Source: Corallococcus sp. AS-1-6 (GTDB taxonomy: Bacteria > Myxococcota > Myxococcia > Myxococcales > Myxococcaceae). Taken from it: a stretch of 64,000 nucleotides of DNA. The translations under genes and the position numbers were made by a program. The stretch is from NCBI RefSeq assembly GCF_020037015.1, contig NZ_JAIQDE010000007.1:243886-307885 (forward strand), in the 5' to 3' direction. The first letter of the stretch is position 1, and the number at the start of each line of letters is the position of its first letter. Of this stretch, positions 17,297 to 26,257 are shown in pieces. The notes beneath the pieces were generated by a model. It had not been told where the DNA came from. It saw nothing but the letters and a program-made list of their open reading frames with translations, and ran no database searches.

Positions 17297-19102
17297 GTGC
17301 CTTTGTCCCGTACGAACACGCGCCTCGACCCCGTGCCCGAATCACCTGATGCGTCCGATGCGGCGCCCGGCACCCCGCCTCCTCCTCCGGAGTACACCGG
17401 CACGCATTCCCGGGAGCTCACCGCGCTGCGCGGGGAGCACACGGCCACCCGGCTGACGGGGGCGCTGGGGCTGCCGGCCGTGGAGCCCACGAGCACGGTC
17501 ATCGCGCCCATGGAGGCCGGCGAGCTGCCCAACGTGGCGGCCATCCGCGGGCTGCGGTTGGATCAACTGCTGCTGCTCACCACGGGCGCGCTGGTCATCG
17601 TCATCGTGGGGCTGCTCGCCGCGCTGTCCGCGAAGACGACGGAGGCGCAGCTCACCGCGACGTCGGACCGCTTCACGCAGCGGCTCCAGTCCCAGGCGCG
17701 CGAGCTGGGCCAGACGGTGAGCCACACGCTGGCGCTCACCTCCGCCACCAGCCTGCGTGACAACAACTACGCGTTCCTCACGGAGGTGGCGCGCTCCATC
17801 ATCGCGGACAACCACAACATCCTGCGCGTGCAGATGTTCGACGCGGACGGGCAGCTCGTCGCGGACAGCGACCCGGCCGCGAAGCTGGGCGAGTCCTCCG
17901 GAGGCCGCACCGCGGAGCGCCGCTGGGCCAGCGCCTTCTTCCAGGGCCAGCCCGTCTTCGAGTTCCAGGAGCCGCTCGACTACGGCTCGCAGGGCGGCAA
18001 GGGCGTGGTGGTCATCAGCTACTCGCTGGAGGACCTGCAGAAGCAGCTCCACGAGCTGGAGGAGACCAACCGCGCCGCGGTGCGCGCCAACACGCTGCGC
18101 ATCGTGGGGCTGGGCGTGGGCTTCGTCGTGCTGGCCGGCGTGCTGGCCGCCTTCCAGAGCCGCCGCATCACCAAGCCGCTGGGCGTGCTCACCCACCGCG
18201 TGATGCAGCTCGCCGCCGGTGACCTGGGCGCCCGCGCGGGCACGGCGCCGGGCGCGGGCCGCGAGGTGACGACGCTGGGCGTGGTGTTCAACCACATGGC
18301 GGAGCGCATCAAGGTCCTGCTGGAGGACGTGCGCGCCAAGGCGCAGTTGGAGCGCGAGGTGTCGCTCGCGCGCACGGTGCAGGAGACGCTCCTGCCGGGC
18401 CGCGAGGCCGTGACGGTGGGGCCGCTGCGGCTGGCCGGGCTGGTGGTGCCCGCGGACGCGTGCGGCGGCGACTGGTGGTTCCGCGCCGCGCTGGACGACC
18501 GGCGCGTCGTCATTGGTATCGGTGACGTGACGGGCCACGGCCTGTCCACGTCGCTGGTCGCCACCAGCGCCACCAGCGGCTTCGCCTCCGCCATGACGCT
18601 GCGCGAGCCGTCGCAGGTGCACGCGCAGATGCTCATCACCGCGCTCAACGTGACGCTGGCCAACGTGGGCCGCGGCGAGCACCAGATGTCCAGCGCGCTC
18701 GCGGTCATCGACGTGTACAGCGGCAGCATCGACTACGCGGCGGGCGCCCACCCGGCGGCGGCCATCTACAACCGGAACACGCGGCAGATGGCGTCGCTGC
18801 CGACGCGCGGTCCGCTGCTGGGCGCGAACGTGGCGTCGCAGTTCACGTCGCGCCAGGCGCAGTTGAGCCCCGGCGACATCATCGTCTGGTACACGGACGG
18901 CCTCACGGAGGCGCGCGACGGCGCCAACCGGCTCTACGGCACGCAGCGGCTGGCCGCAGCGCTCCAGACCCACGCCCACCTCCCCGCCGACGCCCTCCGC
19001 GACGCGCTCCTCGCGGACGTGCGCGCGTTCAGCGCCGGTCAGCCCCAGCGCGACGACATCACCGTCATCGTCGCCGAATTCAGCCCCGCCCCCTCGCCGT
19101 GA
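17297..19102 (+). CDS. membrane-anchored HAMP-domain PP2C-type (SpoIIE/RsbU-like) serine phosphatase
   Basis: A TM helix LLLLTTGALVIVIVGLLAAL and a second TM IVGLGVGFVVLAGVLAAF lie before HAMP (RITKPLGVLTHRVMQLAAGDL). PP2C motifs are CGGDWW, IGIGDVTGHG, IVWYTDGLTEA and DDITVIVAEF. The start could be an internal ATG. Confidence 0.85.
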   Translation: MPLSRTNTRLDPVPESPDASDAAPGTPPPPPEYTGTHSRELTALRGEHTATRLTGALGLPAVEPTSTVIAPMEAGELPNVAAIRGLRLDQLLLLTTGALVIVIVGLLAALSAKTTEAQLTATSDRFTQRLQSQARELGQTVSHTLALTSATSLRDNNYAFLTEVARSIIADNHNILRVQMFDADGQLVADSDPAAKLGESSGGRTAERRWASAFFQGQPVFEFQEPLDYGSQGGKGVVVISYSLEDLQKQLHELEETNRAAVRANTLRIVGLGVGFVVLAGVLAAFQSRRITKPLGVLTHRVMQLAAGDLGARAGTAPGAGREVTTLGVVFNHMAERIKVLLEDVRAKAQLEREVSLARTVQETLLPGREAVTVGPLRLAGLVVPADACGGDWWFRAALDDRRVVIGIGDVTGHGLSTSLVATSATSGFASAMTLREPSQVHAQMLITALNVTLANVGRGEHQMSSALAVIDVYSGSIDYAAGAHPAAAIYNRNTRQMASLPTRGPLLGANVASQFTSRQAQLSPGDIIVWYTDGLTEARDGANRLYGTQRLAAALQTHAHLPADALRDALLADVRAFSAGQPQRDDITVIVAEFSPAPSP

Positions 19103-21624
19103 CGAACCGCATGCGCCCATTCATCCGCTCCCCGCGCCGCGTCTCCACCGCGCTCGCCCTGCTGGCCACCCTGGCCGGCCCTCCGGCGGCGCTCGCCCAG
19201 TTCCGCCCGCCGCCCGCCACCGAGGCGCAGCGCATGACGGAGCAGGGCGAGCAGGTCCTCGTGTCCGCCAACGCCGCGCTCGCGAAGGGCGACAAGAAGG
19301 AGGCCGAGGAGAAGTTCAAGAAGGCGCTCCAGCTCTTTGAACAATCGCTCGCGCAGGAGCCGCAGTCCGTGTTCGCCGCCGCGGGCCTGGGCAGCGCCGC
19401 CAACGCGCTCCAGGACTTCCAGCGCACGGCGACGCGCCTGGCGCCGGTGTTCGCGCAGAACCCGCGGGACCTGTCGCTCGCGTACCCGCTGGGCACCGCG
19501 TACTTCAAGCTGCGCCGCTTCCAGGAGGCGGTGCCGGTGCTGGAGCAGGTGGCCGCCGCGGATCAGCCGGACCACCTCATCGTCCACTACTACCTGGCCA
19601 GCTACTACCTGTACGTCCAGGACGGGAACCGGGCCGTGACGCGGCTGCAGCGCTACCTGGTGCTGCGCCCGGAGAAGCTCGCGGGCAACGACTTCCAGAT
19701 CCACGAACTGCTGGGCAAGGCGCACCTCATCCGCCGGGACGCGGCCGCCGCGCGCGCCTCGTTCGAGAAGGCGCAGGCCGGCCGGGCCGAGTCCGCGACC
19801 GCGCAGATCGGCCTCGCGGCCGTGCTGGAGATGGAAGGCAAGGTGGCGGAGTCCCGCGCGCTCCTGGAGCGGCTGGTGACGAAGTTCCCGCAGGTGGCGG
19901 AGCCGAAGGAGCGCCTCGCGCGCCTGTACCTCGCCGCGGGCGACGTGCCGCGCGCGGACCTCCAGGCCACCGCCTTGATGAAGCTGGGCTCCACGCCCGC
20001 CGCGCACCTGTTGCTGGGTGACGTGCGGCTCGCGCAGAAGCAGCCCGCGCAGGCGGAGGCGGAGTTCCGCAAGGTGCTGGAGCTGCAGCCGGGCCTGCTG
20101 ATGGGGCAGATCGCCGTGGGCAAGGCGCTCCAGGCGCAGGCGCGCCACGAGGAGGCCATCCAGTTCCTGGAGTCCGCCGTGAAGTCGGGCGGCGGCAGCC
20201 TGGAGCTGTGGGCGACGCTGGGCTCCGTCAACCGCCGCGCCGGCCGCTACCAGCGCGCGGTGGAGGTGCACCGGCGCGTGGTGGAGATGGCCCCGCGTCA
20301 GGCGCTGGGGCACATGCTGCTGGGCGCGGATCACTTCGCCACCGGCCAGTGGGACCAGGCCATCGAGGACTACGGCAGCGCGCTCCAGGCCGAACCCGGC
20401 CACCCCGGCGCGAAGCAGTGGCTGGCCCGGGCCCTGGCCCACCGCGCGCGCGACCGCGCCGGCACCCAGCGCCTGGAGGACGCCGTGCGCGACCTGCGCC
20501 GCGCCTATGACCTGGACCGCTCCGTGCCCATGGCCCGCCGGCTGGGCGCGGCGCTCCTGGACAGCCACCAGTTCGCGGAGGCCCGCAAGGTGCTTGAGGG
20601 CGCGGTGACGCTGCCGGGCGTGAGCTGGCGCGAGCACCTGCTGCTGGGCTACGCCCGGCTGGGCGGTGGCGACCCTCAAGCAGCGCTCGCCGCCTTCACC
20701 CAGTCCGGCGAGGCCACGCAGGAGCCGGATCAGCGCGCGGAGGCGTCCGCGGGCGCCGCGCTCGCGGAGGTGGAGCTGGGCCAGGTGGACGCCGCCGTGC
20801 AGCGGCTGACGGACGCGGGCCCCTCCAAGACGGCCGCGAAGGTGGCGGAGGCGAACCTGCCCCGCGTGCTGGTGCGCCGGGCCCTGGCGAAGCTGGAGGC
20901 GGGCGACGCCGCCGCGGCGAACCGGGACCTGGACGCCGTGGACCGCCTGGGCACCGGCAAGCGCGCGGACCTGGCGAAGCTGGCCGCCTTCGCCCGGGCG
21001 CTCACGCGCGCGGAGGAGGGGAGGTTCGCGGAGGCCACCGCCGGCATCAAGCGCTCCCTCACGCCCGCGCCGGAGTGGGCGTGGCCCAACACGCGCGCGC
21101 TCGCGGACGCGTGGGTGCTCTACCGCCAGGGCAAGGTGGCGCCCTCGCGCAAGCTGCTCACCGCCGCCCAGAGGAAGCCCATGCCCGGGCAGCCGAAGTG
21201 GATGGGCAACCTCACCGGCGCGCTGCTGCGGCGTGAGGCCGCGCTCGCGTACGCCTCCGGCAACATGAAGGCGTCCCAGAAGGCGCTGAAGGCCGCGCTC
21301 GCCGCGACGCCGGACGACGTGCTGGTGCAGCACAACCTGGCGTGCGTGGACTGGCGCCAGGGCGACAGCGGCTCGGCGCTCGCGACGTGGAAGCGCCTGG
21401 AGACGTCCGTGCCCGTCGCCTCGCTCAACCTGGGCATCGACGCGCAGGAGCGCCGGCATGAACCCGCCGAGGCCGTGGACGCCTGGCGCCGCTACCTGGC
21501 CTCCGGCGCGGGCCTCCGCGCCGCCCAGGTGCGGGAATGGAAGGACCGCCTGCAGGGCCTCTATGGACTGGGTGACGCGCAGGGCGTCACGCCGGCCGCC
21601 GGGGTCGCGGAGGAGACGCCGTGA
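19099..21624 (+). CDS. secreted tetratricopeptide-repeat (TPR) protein
   Basis: The signal peptide is RPFIRSPRRVSTALALLATLAGPPAALAQ. Many 34-aa TPR-like repeats follow (W/LG/Y...A...F...A...P). A GTG start overlaps the upstream stop as GTGA. ATG 19111 is the alternative start. Confidence 0.8.
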   Translation: MTNRMRPFIRSPRRVSTALALLATLAGPPAALAQFRPPPATEAQRMTEQGEQVLVSANAALAKGDKKEAEEKFKKALQLFEQSLAQEPQSVFAAAGLGSAANALQDFQRTATRLAPVFAQNPRDLSLAYPLGTAYFKLRRFQEAVPVLEQVAAADQPDHLIVHYYLASYYLYVQDGNRAVTRLQRYLVLRPEKLAGNDFQIHELLGKAHLIRRDAAAARASFEKAQAGRAESATAQIGLAAVLEMEGKVAESRALLERLVTKFPQVAEPKERLARLYLAAGDVPRADLQATALMKLGSTPAAHLLLGDVRLAQKQPAQAEAEFRKVLELQPGLLMGQIAVGKALQAQARHEEAIQFLESAVKSGGGSLELWATLGSVNRRAGRYQRAVEVHRRVVEMAPRQALGHMLLGADHFATGQWDQAIEDYGSALQAEPGHPGAKQWLARALAHRARDRAGTQRLEDAVRDLRRAYDLDRSVPMARRLGAALLDSHQFAEARKVLEGAVTLPGVSWREHLLLGYARLGGGDPQAALAAFTQSGEATQEPDQRAEASAGAALAEVELGQVDAAVQRLTDAGPSKTAAKVAEANLPRVLVRRALAKLEAGDAAAANRDLDAVDRLGTGKRADLAKLAAFARALTRAEEGRFAEATAGIKRSLTPAPEWAWPNTRALADAWVLYRQGKVAPSRKLLTAAQRKPMPGQPKWMGNLTGALLRREAALAYASGNMKASQKALKAALAATPDDVLVQHNLACVDWRQGDSGSALATWKRLETSVPVASLNLGIDAQERRHEPAEAVDAWRRYLASGAGLRAAQVREWKDRLQGLYGLGDAQGVTPAAGVAEETP

Positions 21625-22547
21625 AGACGCCATCCCTTGTCGCGCGGGGGAGCCTCCTGCTCGCCGCCGCGCTGTTCGCTGTTTCCGTCGCCAGCCCCGC
21701 CTCCGCCGCGCCGAAGAAGGCCACGCTGGGCGTGTTCCTCGCCACCACGCTGTCGGACGGCCAGGAGCGCTTCCAGTACGCGGAGGCGCTCGCCCAGAAG
21801 CTGGAGGCCAGCCTGGGCCGCCCCGTGGGCGCCAAGAGCTTCGGCCGCTACGAGGACTTCTCCAAGGCGGTGGGGGAGGGGCAGATCGACTTCGCCGTGG
21901 TGGACGGCTGGGCCGCGGTGCAACTGGGCGCCAGGGCGGAGGCGGTGGCGTACGCCCCGCGCGCCGGTGAGACGCAGCAGCGCTGGGCCATCATCTCCCT
22001 CCAGAAGGGCACCGTGAAGGACCTCGCCGGCAAGCGCATGGCGCTGGTCAAGGGCGCGGGCTCCTCGGACCCCAAGTTCGTCTCCCACGTGGTGCTGGGC
22101 GGCGACCTGGACGCCCAGAAGCACTTCAAGCTGGTGCCGGTGCCCAACGTGGAGTCGGCGGTGAAGATGCTGGAGGCCAAGGGCGCGGAGGCCGCGCTCG
22201 TGCCGGTGGCGCACGTGCCCAGGGACATGCGGGTCCTCTTCAAGAGCACCCGGGTGCCGGGCGCCGTCCTGGTGGACCTGAAGGGCGGGGGAGACGCGTT
22301 GTCCCAGTCCCTGTCCTCCGTGGGTGCGGTGGCCCCGTTCGACGCCTTCACCCGCATCCAGGGCCGCGAGTTCGAGGACTTCCGCAAGCTCGTCACCCAG
22401 GGCCCCCCGCGCCGCCAGCCCGTCTTCGCGGACACCCCCGACCTGAGGGTGGAGACCCCCGTGCTCGTCCAGTCCGAGTCGCTGGGTCCCGCGCTCCCGC
22501 CCTTCACGGACGACCTGGCCGTCTCCGCCGAACAGCCCGATGACTGA
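21621..22547 (+). CDS. periplasmic substrate-binding protein, PhnD/SsuA-like (phosphonate-type ABC SBP fold); orphan, no permease or ATPase adjacent
   Basis: The signal peptide is MKTPSLVARGSLLLAAALFAVSVASPASA. It has SBP type-2 architecture. GGAGGAG sits 5 nt upstream of the GTG start, which overlaps the TPR gene stop as GTGA. Confidence 0.8.
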   Translation: MKTPSLVARGSLLLAAALFAVSVASPASAAPKKATLGVFLATTLSDGQERFQYAEALAQKLEASLGRPVGAKSFGRYEDFSKAVGEGQIDFAVVDGWAAVQLGARAEAVAYAPRAGETQQRWAIISLQKGTVKDLAGKRMALVKGAGSSDPKFVSHVVLGGDLDAQKHFKLVPVPNVESAVKMLEAKGAEAALVPVAHVPRDMRVLFKSTRVPGAVLVDLKGGGDALSQSLSSVGAVAPFDAFTRIQGREFEDFRKLVTQGPPRRQPVFADTPDLRVETPVLVQSESLGPALPPFTDDLAVSAEQPDD

Positions 22548-22783
22548 TTGCGCCGTGAGCTGATCCGCGTGGGGCGCCCCCGCCGCCCCGCGCATGTTTC
22601 AGCGCGATCGACAGCCATGACTTGGCCTAAGGCGAGTTATTGCGGTAATTTGAGAAGTCGAGCGGAACGCCACCGTTCAGGGGTGGAAACTCGTCCCTGA
22701 GAACGATTGCCAGTCGCACCGGCTCTGGATCCTGGCGCAACGACCGCGGACATCCCTGCTTCCCCCTCGTGGAATTGAGAACG

Positions 22784-25402
22784 ATGGACTCGACTGAGTA
22801 CGGTGGGCCGCGCACCAACGCGGTGAAGGGGTTTGCCGGTAGGCTGGGCGCGCGCGCCTGCCTCACCCTGGTGGTCTGCGCACTGTCCCTCTTCGCGGTG
22901 GAGACGGCCCAGGCCCAGGAGGCCCAGGAGCCTGCCCCGAAGACGCGGACCAAGGCCGCCCGCAAGCGCGCGGCGGCCGCCGCGGGCGCGAAGGCCACGA
23001 CGCCGGGCGCGAAGGCCGCCACGCCGGGCGCGAAGCCTCCGCGCACGGCGAAGACGCGCCGGGGCGCGAAGACGCCGCCCCCGCCGGTGGAGCCGGAGGT
23101 CATCCCGGCGGATGAGCCCACCCCACAGGAGCCGGCGCTCGCCACCGAGCCGCCGCCCGCGACGCCTCCCGCCCCCGTGGCCGGCCCCGGTCCGTCCGTG
23201 GCCGATCCGCTGCCCGTGGCCTCGCCGGCCTCCGCGTCGCCGTCCCCGTATGACGGGCCGCTGACCACGGACATCCCGTCCAACCCGCCGCCCGCGCCCG
23301 CGCTGGGTGCCGGCGCGGTGCTGCCGGCGTCGCAGCCGCGCATGGCGGACAACGTCCCGGACCGCGCGCCCTTCACGGAGCCCGCCTCCGACCGCGCGCT
23401 GCCGCCGCCCTCCAGCCTCTCCGGCCTGGACGGCCCGGACCTGGGCGGGGGCGACGACCTGGAGAAGAACATCAACATGGCGCTGAGCGAGGCCGTCGTC
23501 ACCACGGCGTCCAAGCGCAGCCAGCGCATCTCCGACGTGCCCCTCACGGTGTCGTGGATCCCGGCGGAGGAGCTGGAGGGCACCGGCCAGTTCTCGCTCT
23601 GCGAGGCCATCCAGTACTTCCCCGGCATGGAGTGCCGCCGGGGCTCCATGCGCAAGGCGGCGGTGAGCGCGCGCGGCCTGGGCTCCAACTACCTGTCCAA
23701 CCGCCTGCTGCTCCTCAAGGACGGCCGTCCGCTGACGGACCCCTGGACGGGCCAGTTCTACGCGGATGAGACGACGCCGCTCACCAACCTGAAGCAGGTG
23801 GAGGTGATTCGCGGCCCGGGCTCCTCGCTCTACGGCTCCAACGCCTTCAGCGGCGTCATCAACATCATCGAGCGCCAGCCCGCGGACCTCATCGCCAAGG
23901 GCCAGAACGTGGGCGCCGACGCGCGCATCCTCGCGGGCCAGGACAAGACCTGGCGCCTGCAGACCAACGTCGCCGGCCGCGGCGGCCCGGTGGAGGCGCT
24001 GCTCGGCTACTACGGCTTCGGCTCGGACGGCCCGCAGCTCTTCAACAACCAGCAGCTCGGCCAGACGGACACCAATGAGGACTCGCTGGTCCACCAGGTG
24101 AACGGCAAGGTCCGCGTGGGGCCGCTCGCGCTGGACGCGGACTTCACGGACGGCAACATCGGCCGGCCCGGCGGGCAGAACATCTCCACCGTGGGCAACT
24201 GCGGCCGCTGCCACTACACCGCGCAGGACAACGAGCACGTCCAGAACCTGAACGCCGCCCTGCAGTTGGATCAGCAGGTGACGGACAACGTGCGCGTGTT
24301 CGCCCAGGGCTACGCCTTCTTCAAGCGCCGCAACGTGACGCTGGAGAATGAGATCACCGGCGCGCTGGAGGACACGCTGGGCAAGCGCAGCCGCCTGGGC
24401 GGTGAGGCGCGCGCGCTGTTCTCCCTGGACAAGCTCTCCGTCACCGTCGGCGGCGACGTGAAGGCCGACCAGGTGAACAACCAGAACATCCTGCCCGGCC
24501 TGACCCTGGACGACACGAAGCAGACCATCCTGGGCGGCTTCGTGGACGCCGAGTACCGCGTCACGGACCGGCTGGTGGTGGGCGCGGGCGCCCGCTACGA
24601 CAACTACCAGATCCCCTCCAGGGTCTGGGAGGCGAAGACGGATCAGATCTCCCCGCGCGCCAGCGTGGTGTTCCACGCCATCCCGGAGCTGCTCACGCTG
24701 CGCACCAACTACGGCCGCGCCTTCCGCGCGCCCACCCTGGCGGAGCTGGCCATCAACCAGCAGATGTACGCCGCGACGCTCTTGGGCAACCCGGCCCTGC
24801 GCGCTGAGACGCTGGACACGGTGGAGGCGGCGGTGGACTTCTGGCCGCTGGACCGCAGGGTGCGCCTGACGGGCACGGGCTTCTACAACCGCGCCCGCAA
24901 CTTCATCAACCAGGAGCTGCTCTTCGGCTCCACGTCCCAGTTCAAGAACCTGGGCGACGCGCGCGTGGCGGGCTTCGAGGCCGAGGCCGCGGCGCAGGTG
25001 CCGTCCATCAACTCGTCCTTCGACGTGGCCTACCAGTTCCTGGACGCCCAGGCGCTGCCGGTGGGCGGCGGGGCCGGCTACCCGCTGGACTACGCGCCCA
25101 CCCACCGCGTCTACCTGCGCGGCCGCACCAACATCGGCAAGTTCGCCTTCGTGGAGCTCTACGGCCTGTTCGTGGGCGCCCGGTATGATCCGGGCTTCGT
25201 GGTGGACGAGAACGCCGGCACCACCACCCGCGTGAAGCTGCCCAGCTACATCACCGCGACCGCGCGCGTGGGCTTCAACGTCCACGAGCGCGTGGCGGTG
25301 TCCCTGCTGGGGACCAACCTCTTCAACGCGAAGTACGAGGAGTCCCACGGCTTCCCCGCCCCGCCGCTGGGCGTCTTCACCGAAGTCCGGCTCCATTATT
25401 AG
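22784..25402 (+). CDS. TonB-dependent outer-membrane receptor with long Pro/Ala/Lys-rich N-terminal extension
   Basis: The signal peptide is followed by about 240 aa of low-complexity P/A/K-rich sequence. A plug domain follows (TTASKRSQRISDVPLTVSWI, IRGPGSSLYGSNAFSGVINI), then a beta-barrel ending in a C-terminal aromatic ...EVRLHY. The ATG start is at 22784. The ORF-track GTG at 22769 is the alternative. Confidence 0.85.
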   Translation: MDSTEYGGPRTNAVKGFAGRLGARACLTLVVCALSLFAVETAQAQEAQEPAPKTRTKAARKRAAAAAGAKATTPGAKAATPGAKPPRTAKTRRGAKTPPPPVEPEVIPADEPTPQEPALATEPPPATPPAPVAGPGPSVADPLPVASPASASPSPYDGPLTTDIPSNPPPAPALGAGAVLPASQPRMADNVPDRAPFTEPASDRALPPPSSLSGLDGPDLGGGDDLEKNINMALSEAVVTTASKRSQRISDVPLTVSWIPAEELEGTGQFSLCEAIQYFPGMECRRGSMRKAAVSARGLGSNYLSNRLLLLKDGRPLTDPWTGQFYADETTPLTNLKQVEVIRGPGSSLYGSNAFSGVINIIERQPADLIAKGQNVGADARILAGQDKTWRLQTNVAGRGGPVEALLGYYGFGSDGPQLFNNQQLGQTDTNEDSLVHQVNGKVRVGPLALDADFTDGNIGRPGGQNISTVGNCGRCHYTAQDNEHVQNLNAALQLDQQVTDNVRVFAQGYAFFKRRNVTLENEITGALEDTLGKRSRLGGEARALFSLDKLSVTVGGDVKADQVNNQNILPGLTLDDTKQTILGGFVDAEYRVTDRLVVGAGARYDNYQIPSRVWEAKTDQISPRASVVFHAIPELLTLRTNYGRAFRAPTLAELAINQQMYAATLLGNPALRAETLDTVEAAVDFWPLDRRVRLTGTGFYNRARNFINQELLFGSTSQFKNLGDARVAGFEAEAAAQVPSINSSFDVAYQFLDAQALPVGGGAGYPLDYAPTHRVYLRGRTNIGKFAFVELYGLFVGARYDPGFVVDENAGTTTRVKLPSYITATARVGFNVHERVAVSLLGTNLFNAKYEESHGFPAPPLGVFTEVRLHY

Positions 25403-25410
25403 GGCCCTGT

Positions 25411-26253
25411 TTGGATACCGTCGCCGCCGTGAAGGATGCTCCCCTGAAGTTGACGCCGGACACGACGCTCACGCCGGAGGCGCTGGAGAAGGCCTCCGGG
25501 GTGCTGGCCCGGGACGGCCTGTTGTTGGGGCGCGGTGACGACGCGGCGCCGCGGCTGGTGCTGTTCGACGGGCGGTTCACCCCCGCCCACGCCGAGCTCC
25601 TGGAGCGCCGTCCCCCGGCGCTGCTGCTGGCCACCCGCGAGGGCGGCCAGCCGTCCGCCTGGGAGGCGCGGTTGCTCAGCGCGCTCCTGCGCGGCGAGCC
25701 CATGATCCCCCAGGAGGCCGCCACGTCCGTGGCGTGGCTGGGCAGCGTGGCGGAGGTGACGGCCGTGGGCGAGCGCGCGGCCGAGGCCGTCCTCCAGGCC
25801 GGCGGCTCCAAGGGCGCGGCCAGCCGGGTGGCGGATGTCGTCCATGAGATTGGTGTGAACGCCCTGCTCGACGCGCCAGTGGACGGAAGCGGCGAGCCGA
25901 AGTACGCCCACCGGCGTGGCCAGGTGCAGTCGGTGGCGGAAGAGGATCGCTGCCTGGTGTCCTGGGCGGTGGCGGACGGCCGGGCCTGGCTGGAGGCGAC
26001 GGATCGCTTCGGCCGCCTGTCGGTGTCACCGCTGGTGCGGGTGGTGAAGGCGTGGGGTGAGAAGGCGCAGGTGGATGCTTCGGGTGGTGGCGCGGGCCTG
26101 GGCCTGCGGCGCATCCTGGAGCACAGCGACGCAGTGGCGGTGCGGGTGAGTCCGGGAAAGCGCACGCAGTTCGCCTGCGGGGTGGATCTGGGAGACGCTC
26201 GCCGCCGGGCCGCGCAGCCCAAGTCGCTGCTGTTCTGTCTGGAACGAGGGTAG
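25411..26253 (+). CDS. hypothetical protein, likely co-transcribed with the downstream kinase
   Basis: The 280-aa frame has GC3-rich coding composition and ends 5 bp before the kinase GTG. The start is uncertain: TTG at 25411 in the ORF track, or GTG at 25429. Confidence 0.5.
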   Translation: MDTVAAVKDAPLKLTPDTTLTPEALEKASGVLARDGLLLGRGDDAAPRLVLFDGRFTPAHAELLERRPPALLLATREGGQPSAWEARLLSALLRGEPMIPQEAATSVAWLGSVAEVTAVGERAAEAVLQAGGSKGAASRVADVVHEIGVNALLDAPVDGSGEPKYAHRRGQVQSVAEEDRCLVSWAVADGRAWLEATDRFGRLSVSPLVRVVKAWGEKAQVDASGGGAGLGLRRILEHSDAVAVRVSPGKRTQFACGVDLGDARRRAAQPKSLLFCLERG

Positions 26254-26257
26254 GCGG

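Noticed and set aside
17342-21633. 592-aa and 864-aa minus-strand ORFs antisense to the PP2C phosphatase and TPR genes
   Set aside because: These are antisense artefacts. The sense genes have PP2C motifs, TPR periodicity, and coupled starts with RBS.
22660-22760. Cobalamin riboswitch upstream of the TonB-dependent receptor
   Set aside because: No convincing B12-box or conserved riboswitch core could be identified by eye. It needs a covariance-model scan.
22637-25396. 919-aa minus-strand ORF antisense to the TonB-dependent receptor
   Set aside because: The sense frame has a plug domain, beta-barrel and C-terminal aromatic residue. The antisense product is low-complexity.
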